Virus record (IMG/VR): IMGVR_UViG_3300012667_000174
Coordinates: 1 to 36,524 of that record
Source of the DNA: a virus
Lineage: Duplodnaviria > Caudoviricetes
Reading direction: 5' to 3' (one strand)
DNA: 36,524 nucleotides
In this document: positions 23,893-34,224 of the stretch, piece by piece
How positions within the stretch are numbered: the stretch's first letter is position 1
Layout of the letters: each line of letters opens with the position of its first letter
The notes under the pieces: generated by a model
The model's input: the letters and a program-made list of their open reading frames with translations, nothing else
Databases searched by the model: none
Told to the model about the DNA's origin: nothing
Program-made: the position numbers and the translations under genes

Positions 23893-24636
23893 TCACGAAG
23901 ATGTCAAGAACTTTTTAGGCTCATCAAATAGATTGTTGCGTGAACTTCTAAACCAACTACCACATTCATTGCATTGATAACGCTGATACTTGTTACCTAT
24001 AGTGTATGCCCAGCCTCTACGTTGATACTTAGTAGAGCCACAGTTAGTACAACATACACCACCTTCATACAATCCATGATTAGGATGGTTTTTAATCCAT
24101 GGCTTGAGTTTTTCGTAAACTGCTTCTAGCAATACAACGTCTTGCCTATTATATTCTTCCATCATTTGCCATGACTCAGCATTACCAGCCATACATTGAA
24201 CCCATAGGTCGTGACCAATATGCTTAACCTTTTTACCTAAGTCTAAAGATTGTGCAATGTAATCTAATTTATTTGATGGGAATCTAAATTGACTTCTAGC
24301 TGTTCTTAGCAAATCAATTTGTTTGTATGGTGCTGGAGGAGTCATGCCATGTAGCAAAAACTCTTTATTTAATGTAGGAATATCAAACTTAGTGCCATTA
24401 TAATGAACTACTGCATCGGCATTTTCTAGCATATCGTAAATACGTCTAAGCATCTTTTTAGGCTTTGAGTGATGAACGCTATCAAAATAAAGCTCATCTT
24501 CTCCGTACCACTTAGCTGCCCAACACATTACATAACCAGAAGCTACAATTTGATTAATAGCTACGTTTTGTTGCCACAAACCCCATACATGAGCAATGTT
24601 TGGGGCTGTTTCAATATCTAACAATAATATTTTCAT
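23893..24636 (-). CDS. RNase H-like (YprB/RNase_H_2, DEDD) exonuclease with C-terminal Zn ribbon
   Basis: LLDIETAP, HYNGTKFDIP, IDLL, SNKLDYIAQ, YNRQDV and CTNCGS...CNECG motifs. Confidence 0.9.
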   Translation of the reverse strand: MKILLLDIETAPNIAHVWGLWQQNVAINQIVASGYVMCWAAKWYGEDELYFDSVHHSKPKKMLRRIYDMLENADAVVHYNGTKFDIPTLNKEFLLHGMTPPAPYKQIDLLRTARSQFRFPSNKLDYIAQSLDLGKKVKHIGHDLWVQCMAGNAESWQMMEEYNRQDVVLLEAVYEKLKPWIKNHPNHGLYEGGVCCTNCGSTKYQRRGWAYTIGNKYQRYQCNECGSWFRSSRNNLFDEPKKFLTSS

Positions 24637-24675
24637 GTTAGTTCTTTTAGAAAGAAAGACTTACGCTAACACACT

Positions 24676-24912
24676 TTAGTCGTGTTTGTCAACTTTAGCT
24701 TCCAATCTATCAAAGATTTTATCTAAGATAGTTTCAATCTTATCTAACCGGTTGTCAAGTTCTGTTTTTTTAACATAGCTGGATGGTAAATCCACTTCAA
24801 TACGCTTTAAATCATCTTTAAGAGAGGCAACTGCATCCCAAAGTGTTTTACCGAACCAACCTAGTATAGTTAAACAGCCACCGATTAAATAATTAACAAG
24901 TGACTGTTCCAT
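24676..24912 (-). CDS. Small TM plus coiled-coil protein (holin-like/XhlA-like)
   Basis: N-terminal TM (YLIGGCLTILGWFG), YVKKTEL...LDKIFDRLEAKVDK. Confidence 0.65.
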   Translation of the reverse strand: MEQSLVNYLIGGCLTILGWFGKTLWDAVASLKDDLKRIEVDLPSSYVKKTELDNRLDKIETILDKIFDRLEAKVDKHD

Positions 24913-26591
24913 TATTTCTCCTCGTTTAAAAGACCTTGTGGTGGTTGAAATAACCGTCTTAAGAAGTAATCTTGACCTGCTTCTAAAGTTGGAATTTTAG
25001 CTCCACGCTCAATGCCTTCACCAATGACTTTACCAGTAGTAGTTCCTGCAAGTTTCTTAGGAACAAAACTTGTAATTGGAGATGTTAATGCACCTGCAAA
25101 CAAAGCATTAGGTATTGACAATGCAGTACCCATAAATGGTTGTTGAAGCAAATCACCATATAATCCACGACCAGCAGTTTGTGAACCTTCTTTTAATGGA
25201 GCAGTAGCTTCACTATATTTAGCTAGTTTAGGTAAATCACCAGTTAATTGACCACGCTTGTATGCAGATTCTTTACCTTGTTTAATAGCATTACGCAACT
25301 TAGGTAAATCTACATTGCCATTTGATACAACATTACCTTTTTCTAATGTTTTAAGATTTGCATATTGTTGACGAGCAGTTCTTAATTGATTAGATAAATC
25401 AGTTTGACCAGCATCTTTTAATGATTGTTCAGCAGCATCATCTAGTGCATTTAACAAATCACGATAAGCACGTTTTTCACTACCTTCAGCAGCCCACGCT
25501 AGATTTGATAAATTCTCACGAGTTAAATTGTAATCAGCACCACTAAAAGTTTCTCCTTTTAATGCTTTTTGTTTCCAAGCATTAGCAGTAGCAGTTAATT
25601 GTGGATTTTCAGCTTCTTTTAATTTCATTCGTTTGGCAGCAGCTTGTCTACTAAGAATTGAATCTGCAGCTTGTTCAATTGATTTTGTAAACTGAATTGG
25701 AACTTGAGTTTGCTCAATATTTTTATATGTTTGACCAATTCGTGCAGCAGCATTACTTAACACTTCATCAGTTAAAATAGGAGAATCTTCACCAATAGAT
25801 TTAGATGCAGTTCTATTAAATATTAATTGATTCTTTGTTTGTGGCTTTAACATATTTTCGCCAAATGGAGCTTGAGCTACGACATCTTCAAGTTTAGATA
25901 CTCCACGACTACCCATGTATTCTGATAATCTAGGTTGCACACCTAAAGGTTCAACACCTTTAATTGCTTTTAATGATTGCTCATCAATTGCAGGATTAAA
26001 GTATGGAGATACTCGTTGTCCAATCCAATTACCAACACCTGTCATTAAAGCACCAGTAGTACCACGAACTGCACGTTCACCTGGCTCACCATATTTAGTA
26101 GCTTCTGTTAAACCTACTAGCAATGGACTCTTAGTAGCCATATATGGTAAAACTTCACCTGTTCCAGCAGCAATAGGAGCTTGTTTACGAATTTTATCGT
26201 ATTCCATTCCTTTGACAGCTTGTTCTTGTGCAAGAGCATCTAATTTTGCTTGAGCTGAGGTATATCCTTCAGAGCCAATCTCACCAGGTATCTTTTGCAT
26301 ACCATAGCCAGTTTGTTTAAGACCTGCCCAAATATCACTACCAGCTTTTTTTAATCCAGCACCAATGGCTTGCATTGTTGTAGGAGGAGCTTCTTTTTTA
26401 GCAGATGGATATTGAGATTTAACAGTAGATTGCTCTAATATAAAATCATCATAAGCTCTATTTGCAATTTCTACTTGTTGTTCTTCTGGTAAATTCTTAG
26501 GAACATCAAAAACAACTTCCGTCTTTTTTAATTTTGTAGCTAAACTTTCAGGAAGGTCAAAAGCAATTTCCCTAGTTTGTATTTCAGCCAT
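24912..26591 (-). CDS. Internal virion / DNA ejection protein (putative)
   Basis: 559 aa, Ala/Gly/Gln-rich helical with no Cys; last gene of the ejection cluster. Confidence 0.65.
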   Translation of the reverse strand: MAEIQTREIAFDLPESLATKLKKTEVVFDVPKNLPEEQQVEIANRAYDDFILEQSTVKSQYPSAKKEAPPTTMQAIGAGLKKAGSDIWAGLKQTGYGMQKIPGEIGSEGYTSAQAKLDALAQEQAVKGMEYDKIRKQAPIAAGTGEVLPYMATKSPLLVGLTEATKYGEPGERAVRGTTGALMTGVGNWIGQRVSPYFNPAIDEQSLKAIKGVEPLGVQPRLSEYMGSRGVSKLEDVVAQAPFGENMLKPQTKNQLIFNRTASKSIGEDSPILTDEVLSNAAARIGQTYKNIEQTQVPIQFTKSIEQAADSILSRQAAAKRMKLKEAENPQLTATANAWKQKALKGETFSGADYNLTRENLSNLAWAAEGSEKRAYRDLLNALDDAAEQSLKDAGQTDLSNQLRTARQQYANLKTLEKGNVVSNGNVDLPKLRNAIKQGKESAYKRGQLTGDLPKLAKYSEATAPLKEGSQTAGRGLYGDLLQQPFMGTALSIPNALFAGALTSPITSFVPKKLAGTTTGKVIGEGIERGAKIPTLEAGQDYFLRRLFQPPQGLLNEEK

Positions 26592-26600
26592 GACTATTCC

Positions 26601-27770
26601 TTATCTTAATTTAGCTTTAGGACGATACTGACTTACATCAATTTCTTGCAAATTATAATATCCACGATTTTCAGGAGGTAAATTTCTAACTGTATCATTA
26701 TATTTCTCAATAGATTTTATACCTGCACGTTCATTCAAATCAGCAATTCTTTGAATTGTTGCTGCATTTAAAGTAATTTGACCAGCAGATGCTTTTTGTA
26801 AGAACTCACGGTCAGCATTAGAGAAGCCTTGACCTGCACCTAAGCCAGATGATTTAATATTTTGAAGTGTTGTTTTTGCCATATCAGCAGACAATACTTC
26901 TGTATTAATACCAGCAGTAGGGTCAATAACACCAGCAGCAGATAACGCATTATTAATTCCAAGTATTTGTTCAGCACCAGAGCCTGTAAATACCTTACCT
27001 TTTAATGTATCTTTAATTCTACGTGCTGAAGCAATTTGTTCAGGAGCAGCTTGACCAGAATCAATAATTCCTGCTGTTCTCTTAGCCATAAGTCCACCAA
27101 GTTCTTCTTGAAACTTAGTTTCACCTTTGGCAGGAGCTGGCATATTAATTTTTGTAGCACTAGCATTTTTATTTTGAAGCATCCAATCATTGAAACTTAA
27201 AGATGGCAATCCACGAGATGCTTGGTCTGATTTGTAGTTAGTCCAATCATCATAATTAGTGGTTTGTTTAGCTTCTGTACCAGCAATTAGTTGAACTCCA
27301 GAATCGGTCATTTGATACCTTTGACCTTTATCCATAGGAAGTCCATAAGCCTTAGCTTGTTGTTCATTTAAAATGTTAAATGTTTTTTGTGTTTTAGGTG
27401 TGTAAAGTTTTTCTAATACACCAGGAGCAGCATTTGGATATGCTTTTAACATAGCACCAAGTTCAGGATTGTCAGCAGATACCTTAGCAATAGCATCACG
27501 TTGAGCCATCATTTGGTCAGCTTTTTGTTTTTGTTCCCAATCTTGCAAACCACTTTTAATAGTTTCTTGACCTGCTTGATAACCACCAGCCAACGCTTTA
27601 CCTAAATAAGGTAATGCTGAACCATAACCTTGATTCTTTGGTTGAGCAAAATAACCTATAGCAGCATTAATTAAACCTGTAGTTAATGCCTTGTTTTGCA
27701 ACTTATTAGTTGCTTCCTCACCTAATAAACCACCATAGTATTCAGGTGCTTCAAATAAATTAAAAGCCAT
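26601..27770 (-). CDS. Internal virion / DNA ejection protein (putative)
   Basis: 389 aa, A/G/Q-rich, GFSNADREFL motif; position in the ejection cluster. Confidence 0.65.
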   Translation of the reverse strand: MAFNLFEAPEYYGGLLGEEATNKLQNKALTTGLINAAIGYFAQPKNQGYGSALPYLGKALAGGYQAGQETIKSGLQDWEQKQKADQMMAQRDAIAKVSADNPELGAMLKAYPNAAPGVLEKLYTPKTQKTFNILNEQQAKAYGLPMDKGQRYQMTDSGVQLIAGTEAKQTTNYDDWTNYKSDQASRGLPSLSFNDWMLQNKNASATKINMPAPAKGETKFQEELGGLMAKRTAGIIDSGQAAPEQIASARRIKDTLKGKVFTGSGAEQILGINNALSAAGVIDPTAGINTEVLSADMAKTTLQNIKSSGLGAGQGFSNADREFLQKASAGQITLNAATIQRIADLNERAGIKSIEKYNDTVRNLPPENRGYYNLQEIDVSQYRPKAKLR

Positions 27771-28462
27771 TATGCTTGTCCTCTACGTCTAATTAATTGT
27801 GCGCCACCCATAGGTACATTCAAACCTTGTGTTTGTCCTTGACGAACACCACCACCACTCATGCTAGGCATTTGTCTTTGAGGTTGTTGCATACTTGCTA
27901 AAATGCTTGTAGCTCCCAATACGTTTTGTGGTGTTACGTAATCAGGTAATGATTTTTTAAACGCTTCCCATCCACCAGGATTAGCAGCAGCTTCAGCAGC
28001 CATTCTTTCTAACTCACCAGTTCCTGATAAATTAGTTAATCCACCTGTAACAGCACCTTGTAGCATTGATGGTGATGTAGAGCCAAATGCAGCAACAGGA
28101 GCAGCGTTCATAGCATTTACCAAGCCCATGTTAGCACCAATCTCACCTGTAGAACCAAGATATGCAGCAGGTGTACCAGTTGCACCTAATAGACCGCCTT
28201 GAGCAGTATTAAATGTATTAGCCATCCCAATTTCAGGAACTGTTGCTTTTAAGAACTCTGGAGCAGCTTGAATAGTACCTGCTACACTTGAGCTTGTAGG
28301 AACAGCAGATGCGCCTTGTAAGAAGTTAGCACCTTTAAATGCGTTACCAGCAGCACCACCTAAACCACCTAAAGCAGCACCAGTTAATCCACCACGTAAG
28401 CCACCAGTAAGGAGTCCAACTCCACCACCAATAGCCATCATTTCAGGGATTCCTAAGCCCAT
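27770..28462 (-). CDS. Gly/Ala-rich internal virion protein (putative pilot)
   Basis: Glycine-zipper N-terminus GGGVGLLTGGLRGGLTGAALGGLGGAAG. Confidence 0.6.
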   Translation of the reverse strand: MGLGIPEMMAIGGGVGLLTGGLRGGLTGAALGGLGGAAGNAFKGANFLQGASAVPTSSSVAGTIQAAPEFLKATVPEIGMANTFNTAQGGLLGATGTPAAYLGSTGEIGANMGLVNAMNAAPVAAFGSTSPSMLQGAVTGGLTNLSGTGELERMAAEAAANPGGWEAFKKSLPDYVTPQNVLGATSILASMQQPQRQMPSMSGGGVRQGQTQGLNVPMGGAQLIRRRGQA

Positions 28463-28463
28463 A

Positions 28464-29603
28464 CTAAGCTCCTTTCACTTTGCCAACTACAAAGCAGATT
28501 GGCTCAATGATTGCACGATAGATGCGACCTAATGTGTCACGCTTACCATGTTTTTGTTTCCAAATGTCTGCTGTACGATGACGAGCAACGTGTTCCAAAG
28601 CATCACGTACCATTTTACGTACAGGATTAGTGTTCTTGTAAGCAAACATAATGATTGGCATAAACAATGTGTGATAGCCTTTTTCGTATGCAGGATGCAA
28701 GTCTTTAGATTGAGCAAGCCAAATCTTTTGACGGAATGAACCGAAGCCATATACGTGATTCATTGCAGTACATACAATCTTACCACCACCACTTGATTTA
28801 GAAGTTGAAGTAGATTGTGAACCTTGAGGCGCACCATATACTTGTGTAAGGAACTGATTAAGTTTGTTCTGTGGCAAGTTTTGTTCAAAGTTAAAGCGAT
28901 TAATTTGGTCTTCAAGTGCAGATTGTTGATAACCTTCTGCTGTTTGACCTGCTTGAGCTAACTGACCAATATCAGCATAATCAGCCATTGCTAATTGTGG
29001 CGCACCTGCAGCAGCAGCTTCTTGACGACCACGTTCAGCAGCATAGTTTTGATAACTAAGTTCACCTGCCTTATTAGCTAAAGTATTAGCCAAAGTTGTA
29101 CCAGCACGATTAAATAAGTTAGCTTGTGCGCCTGAGCCATAACGACCAGCTTGTGATGCGCCTGATTGAGCTTGGTTAATAGCATCAAAATATTGCTGTC
29201 CAGCAGCTTGACCTGCACCTGCCATTGCTTGATTAAAGAATGGATTGTTAGCCAAGTATTGACCACTAATTACATTTTGCTGTTGTTGTTGTGCAGCAGG
29301 TAATAATGGATTACCACCTAAAGCACGTTGTTGTTGTGCTTGTAATGCAGCTTGTGTTTGTTGTGAAGGGCTAACATAAGTTTGACCAGGATAGTAGCTA
29401 GGATTAGCTGACTGATATAACTTTTGAGCTTCACTTAAACCATAGCTCACATAAGGTTTGAGCATAGGGTCAATAGAGTTTGTTTGAGTTTGTGTTCCAC
29501 CGCCACCACCACCTTTACCACCGCCACCACCTTCTAATGTCATGCGTTTACCCATAGGTTTAAATGCCATCTCAGGTAACATATCCATGTGATTATATCT
29601 CAT
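28464..29603 (-). CDS. DNA ejection protein (P22 gp7-like position) with extra C-terminal domain
   Basis: Leader followed by EGGGGGKGGGG, Q/A/G-rich body, then SSGGGK-IVCTAM... domain; follows the gp14-like gene. Confidence 0.7.
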   Translation of the reverse strand: MRYNHMDMLPEMAFKPMGKRMTLEGGGGGKGGGGGGTQTQTNSIDPMLKPYVSYGLSEAQKLYQSANPSYYPGQTYVSPSQQTQAALQAQQQRALGGNPLLPAAQQQQQNVISGQYLANNPFFNQAMAGAGQAAGQQYFDAINQAQSGASQAGRYGSGAQANLFNRAGTTLANTLANKAGELSYQNYAAERGRQEAAAAGAPQLAMADYADIGQLAQAGQTAEGYQQSALEDQINRFNFEQNLPQNKLNQFLTQVYGAPQGSQSTSTSKSSGGGKIVCTAMNHVYGFGSFRQKIWLAQSKDLHPAYEKGYHTLFMPIIMFAYKNTNPVRKMVRDALEHVARHRTADIWKQKHGKRDTLGRIYRAIIEPICFVVGKVKGA

Positions 29604-30015
29604 TGCTTTTTCCTTCTATAGGTAATTCGTAGAACATAAATTTAGACTTGAATCCGTCTTTGTTAAATACTTTTTTCCAACCTGTACGACCAAAAGATTC
29701 GATTGTTTGACAACCTACATCCTTAGCAAAACTTCTTAATACAGATAACATTTCATTCTTCCATTTAGGAAGTTCTATGCCACCTGTAAAGTGCATCACC
29801 AAAGCTATCATTTGAGGGTATTGCATTACTTCAGTTATTACAAAACCATATACTTTGTCATCATAAGCAATCCATAACTGCTGACCACCTTTTTTAAATC
29901 GCTGTCGAATATCATCTGAAGTGTATCTGCCATGTGTGTACTTAGCAGCACCATCTACATATTTATCTATAAGATGCCATACTTCATCAATATCTAAGAT
30001 TGCTGATATATTCAT
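29593..30015 (-). CDS. GNAT-fold-like virion assembly protein (P22 gp14-like position)
   Basis: QQLWIAY...GFVITE...FAKDVGCQTIESFGRTGWKKV pattern. Confidence 0.65.
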   Translation of the reverse strand: MNISAILDIDEVWHLIDKYVDGAAKYTHGRYTSDDIRQRFKKGGQQLWIAYDDKVYGFVITEVMQYPQMIALVMHFTGGIELPKWKNEMLSVLRSFAKDVGCQTIESFGRTGWKKVFNKDGFKSKFMFYELPIEGKSNEI

Positions 30016-30824
30016 TAACCCACCACTATATATTTATAAGTCATACCTGAAACAGAATTGGCAGGATGAGAGATTGTTGCTTGACCTTTAGACGTTGCAC
30101 TTATGTAAGGCATTGTGTAAATGTCTGCTGTGTAACCGTTACTTGATAAATACTGCATTGTTGCAATTACAGAAGGTGTTGATGGTCTAGTAGGTGTTGT
30201 TCTTGTAGGTATATGTTGAATCGTTACACCTGTATTTGGTGTTGACCAAACTAACTCTACATAATCATTTTTAGCTAATGCAAGAAAAAAGTTAAGTGCA
30301 GCAATCACAGCACCAGGATTACCACCATGACTTGATGTTACGTCAAAGTCACTATTACTACCAGCAATGTCAGTTCCGTTCTTTCTAAACCATACGCTTG
30401 CAGTATGAATTGATGTATCTGTATTATTAAACTGAATACTAAACTGAATGTTATAAAGACCAGAATATAAAGCAGTCATTCTTGAACCACTTGCTAAGTC
30501 TGTTCCTAATTCATAATCAGCAGTATCAAAAGTAATGACAGTTGCTGTGTTAGCCGTTGCAGATTGGTCTGTTGTATCTTGCCATGCACCATACGGATAA
30601 AAGTTAGTAGCAGATACATCATCAATAGGACTTAATAAAACAACAGAGCTATAACCAATACGTTCGTTGTAGATTGTAGTGGTAGTAGCTCCGCCTGTTG
30701 ATAATGTTACTAGACCTGTATTATTAGATTTACCATCCATGAGGTTATTAACAACCTCTGAGATTTCACGAGGTTGCGCACCAGCAGGATTGAGTTTCCT
30801 ATATTGCTGATTAACAATTGTCAT
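30015..30824 (-). CDS. Tail-associated protein with C1q/TNF-like beta domain
   Basis: YGAWQDTTDQ...SGLYNIQFSIQF...VWFRKNGTDIAGS...LAKNDYVELVW; follows the tail hub gene. Confidence 0.6.
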   Translation of the reverse strand: MTIVNQQYRKLNPAGAQPREISEVVNNLMDGKSNNTGLVTLSTGGATTTTIYNERIGYSSVVLLSPIDDVSATNFYPYGAWQDTTDQSATANTATVITFDTADYELGTDLASGSRMTALYSGLYNIQFSIQFNNTDTSIHTASVWFRKNGTDIAGSNSDFDVTSSHGGNPGAVIAALNFFLALAKNDYVELVWSTPNTGVTIQHIPTRTTPTRPSTPSVIATMQYLSSNGYTADIYTMPYISATSKGQATISHPANSVSGMTYKYIVVG

Positions 30825-32431
30825 CTTGTACCTTGCTGTGTGATTTCAATATCAACTGCCATAATGTTTGACCATTGGTCGCCAGTAGGTACAATTGATA
30901 AACGATGATACTTACCGCTACTACGTAATGATACTCTATTTTCACTTGATGCTGGTACATAACTTCCGTACGTAGGAACTTGATTTAACAGCGTTCTTGA
31001 TGCGATAGCTACGTTAGCAGAACCATTGTCTACAATAGGTCTAGCAAGCGTAACTACAGAAGTAGCTTCTGAACCAATATCACCTGTGTTAATAGTTGCT
31101 GTAGCGTTAGCACCTGTGAAAGTTACAATCTTGTCATCACGTACACCAGCAGATAAGAACTTACCACCTGACCATAAGTTATCGTCAAGAGATGTAGTTA
31201 ATGTGTCTAATGTACGACCTGCTGCAGCAGCAGCTTCTAAGTCAATTGCTTCACCTGTACCTGAACCTACACCTGTCGCTGTAAACCTTGCACCTACTAC
31301 GTTGACTTCAGCACCAATCAAAGTAAAGTTTGTTGTACCTAAAGATGTAATTGTGTAAGACTTGCCTACTGTAAATGAACCTGCTGTTACGTTGTAGTTA
31401 TCGTCTAATCCTTCTAATGTAAGACCAGCAGCAGCAATGTTAGATACATGGTCAACATCTGTATCAGCGTAAGACCATTTTTGCACTTGCCAGTTATAGA
31501 TTAGTAATGAGCGACCACCAAATACGTTAATAAAGTCCCATACGACTAACTTACGAATAGGGTCAACTGTTGCTGACATTTGGTCAAACTCAGATGGGTT
31601 GGAATTACTAAAGAACCAATTATCTATTTTCTGTGTACCAATCGGAATTACTGTAGAGCCATCACATGAGTAGAAACCATCATCACTCAAGAAGTAAGTA
31701 ATATTTCCGTACTTAGCTACAGAGTTACCTTCTAAACAGCCTAAACCACGAGAGATTGTGTCGAACTGAAAGAAATAAGGTGAACCAATGTAAGTCATAC
31801 GAGCTACAGCACGTTCTAATAAGACTAGACCGAACTCACCACCTGTAAGACCTGTAATGTTGCCACCGTCTGCAATGATTTGATAATCAGATTGTGATGT
31901 AGCACCACTTGTCCAATCAGCTTCATCGTTAATGTCTGACCATTGTACTTTGTTACCGTTAGAGCCTGAGTCTAAGTTAGCAGCGACCACAAAGTCACGT
32001 ACTACTGTTACGTATTTAGCAACAGGAGCAGCAGCAGCTAAGTCTGCAAATAATGAGCTTGAGCCTAGTGTAAAGCCTTGTAGCTTGTTTACATTGTTAG
32101 CAGCAATAACTGTGTTACCAAATTGAATAAAGTTCCATTTAGATACGCCTGTGTAATTGCCTGACTTAGATACGTTGTCCATGCTTAAATCAGCAGAGTC
32201 AAACTTAAATAATTTAGTAGAGCCACCAGCAAATACTGTTGTAGTAGATGCAAAACGACCTGCAAATACATTATTAAGATTCTCACTAGCAGCAGCACTA
32301 TAATTTACAGCAGTAGGAAACGGTGAGTAACCAATTGCTGTAGGTACTACGTTTTTAGCTATAGATAAGTTCTCAGCTATGCCAGGAAGGTCAGGAGTCC
32401 ATTCTGTAAATGTTACTCTTTGAATAGCCAT
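30821..32431 (-). CDS. Tail tube/nozzle protein (P22 gp10-like beta-propeller)
   Basis: FTEWTPDLP N-terminus, VQWSDIND, GCLEGNSV..G...YFLSDDGFY, LLIYNW motifs. Confidence 0.75.
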   Translation of the reverse strand: MAIQRVTFTEWTPDLPGIAENLSIAKNVVPTAIGYSPFPTAVNYSAAASENLNNVFAGRFASTTTVFAGGSTKLFKFDSADLSMDNVSKSGNYTGVSKWNFIQFGNTVIAANNVNKLQGFTLGSSSLFADLAAAAPVAKYVTVVRDFVVAANLDSGSNGNKVQWSDINDEADWTSGATSQSDYQIIADGGNITGLTGGEFGLVLLERAVARMTYIGSPYFFQFDTISRGLGCLEGNSVAKYGNITYFLSDDGFYSCDGSTVIPIGTQKIDNWFFSNSNPSEFDQMSATVDPIRKLVVWDFINVFGGRSLLIYNWQVQKWSYADTDVDHVSNIAAAGLTLEGLDDNYNVTAGSFTVGKSYTITSLGTTNFTLIGAEVNVVGARFTATGVGSGTGEAIDLEAAAAAGRTLDTLTTSLDDNLWSGGKFLSAGVRDDKIVTFTGANATATINTGDIGSEATSVVTLARPIVDNGSANVAIASRTLLNQVPTYGSYVPASSENRVSLRSSGKYHRLSIVPTGDQWSNIMAVDIEITQQGTR

Positions 32432-32439
32432 AGCATCCC

Positions 32440-33441
32440 TTAATATTCAATAAATACTACGCCAGCAGAACCAGCAGCACCATTAGTTCCAGCAGTTCCA
32501 GCAGAACCAACAGTTACTGTATATGATGTTGATGGAGAAATATCTGAATAATATTTAATAGCACCACCGCCACCACCGCCACCACCTAATTGGTAAGTAT
32601 CACCACCAGAAGCACCGCCACCATAAGAACACCCTGCAACAGCTGTTGAGCCAGCGCCTTGAGTTCCGCTTAATATAGAATTTCCACCAATTGATGAAAA
32701 TGCAGAGTTACCAGCCCAAGAACCACCATTACCACCACGCATATTAAGGTCACCATTTGAGCCTGAACCGCCTGAGCCACCTGCAAATGATGATGAAGCT
32801 GAACCGCCTGTTGCAGATACAGTTGTTGAACCTGCAAAAGATGATGTTCCGCCATTTCCTTGACCACTTGTTCCTGTTCCGCCACCACCGCCAATAACAG
32901 TAACTTTTACTTTTGTTACTCCACTTGGAGCAGTCCATGTGCCACTTGATGTAAATACAGCTACACTTGGGATTGTTGCTAAAGCAGAACTTGTCCAAGT
33001 TGTTCCATTTGATTTTAAAACATTACCTGACGTTCCAGGGGCAACTAAATTTCCAGATAATGCAGATGTTCCATTTCCTAAAATTACACTATTTGCAGTA
33101 ATGCTAGATGAACCTGTACCTCCATCAGCTACAGCTAAATCTGTAATACCTGTAATAGAACCACCTGTAATTGTTGCGTTTGATGATGTGATAGCGCCAG
33201 TAACACCACCTGTTGCTGTAATTGCACCAGTAAGTGTTGATGTGCCTGTAACGCTTAAATTACCACCTACAACAAAGTTATCACCATCTGCCCCTGTCTG
33301 CATATCCTTAATCTGTGCCATTACGTCACGGATAGCATTGTTAATGCCTGAAGGAGCGCAACCTTCGTTAATGTCAATACCACCAACGTCAGTATTATCA
33401 GCAGGTGTAGCTGACCATTCTGAAACTTTATTCTTTGCCAT
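32440..33441 (-). CDS. Tail fibre with Gly-rich C-terminal domain
   Basis: WSATPADN...INEGCAPSGINNAIR anchor domain, LAVADGGTG, FTSSGTWTAPSGVTKVKVTVIGGGGG...GVVFIEY. Confidence 0.8.
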   Translation of the reverse strand: MAKNKVSEWSATPADNTDVGGIDINEGCAPSGINNAIRDVMAQIKDMQTGADGDNFVVGGNLSVTGTSTLTGAITATGGVTGAITSSNATITGGSITGITDLAVADGGTGSSSITANSVILGNGTSALSGNLVAPGTSGNVLKSNGTTWTSSALATIPSVAVFTSSGTWTAPSGVTKVKVTVIGGGGGTGTSGQGNGGTSSFAGSTTVSATGGSASSSFAGGSGGSGSNGDLNMRGGNGGSWAGNSAFSSIGGNSILSGTQGAGSTAVAGCSYGGGASGGDTYQLGGGGGGGGAIKYYSDISPSTSYTVTVGSAGTAGTNGAAGSAGVVFIEY

Positions 33442-33444
33442 GTT

Positions 33445-34221
33445 TTAGCCTTTTCTATACCAAGTGTTGTTGCTTACGGACACATCTGTCCAAGTATTAT
33501 TTCCTACTGTTGAATCTGTCCATGTATTAGAACCTGCTGGTACTACAGTCCATGTATTTGTACCTACACTAGCAGCAGTCCATGTGTTTGTATTATAAGT
33601 TGTATCTGTCCAGCCTTCACCAATGATACGACCATTAGCAATAATAGAAGCGTTACATGAAACAACTGCATAACCACCCCATATAGCGTTAGGTGCTGCT
33701 GTTACATAAGCATAAGCATTAACTTGTGCATCAGCAGAATATTCAACACCACCTAGAGCAGTAAAAGTTGCAAAACCATTTACAGAACCTGATGATGTTC
33801 TAATTCTAATAGCATCAGAGATTACTGTTGCGTTACCTGTAATTGAGCCTGAGTCAGTTCTAATACGAATAGAGTTAGAAGTAACTGTAGACGTACCATT
33901 TACACTAGCATTACCTGAATAGATAGCTGTAGAGCTTGCATAAACGCTTGCTAATGAATTTATTTGACCGCTTGATGTCCTAATCCTAGTTGCATCAGAA
34001 ACAACACTTGCTGTGCCTGTAATTGATGCTGAATCTAATCTTATGGCATAAGCATAGGCTTCTATTTGAGCATTAGCTGTTATTGTTGCGCTATTTGTTC
34101 TTATTGCATAAGCATTAGCAGCAACCGTTGCATCTGCTGTAATAGATGCTGAACCAAAAATTTCTGCTGCTGCCGCTAAAGTTGAAAAAGGTACTTGAGC
34201 AAAAGCAGCTAATCCAAACAT
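33445..34221 (-). CDS. Repetitive Ala/Ser/Thr-rich structural protein
   Basis: MFGLAAFAQVPFS start; about 22-aa RIRTxSGxIxG repeats; C-terminal 10-aa NTWT repeats. Confidence 0.7.
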   Translation of the reverse strand: MFGLAAFAQVPFSTLAAAAEIFGSASITADATVAANAYAIRTNSATITANAQIEAYAYAIRLDSASITGTASVVSDATRIRTSSGQINSLASVYASSTAIYSGNASVNGTSTVTSNSIRIRTDSGSITGNATVISDAIRIRTSSGSVNGFATFTALGGVEYSADAQVNAYAYVTAAPNAIWGGYAVVSCNASIIANGRIIGEGWTDTTYNTNTWTAASVGTNTWTVVPAGSNTWTDSTVGNNTWTDVSVSNNTWYRKG

Positions 34222-34224
34222 AAA

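Noticed and set aside
33450-33620. Regularly spaced gtccatgt/gtccaagt repeats as a CRISPR array
   Set aside because: The 30-nt period reflects NTWT peptide repeats inside a CDS; repeats are too short and there are no cas genes.
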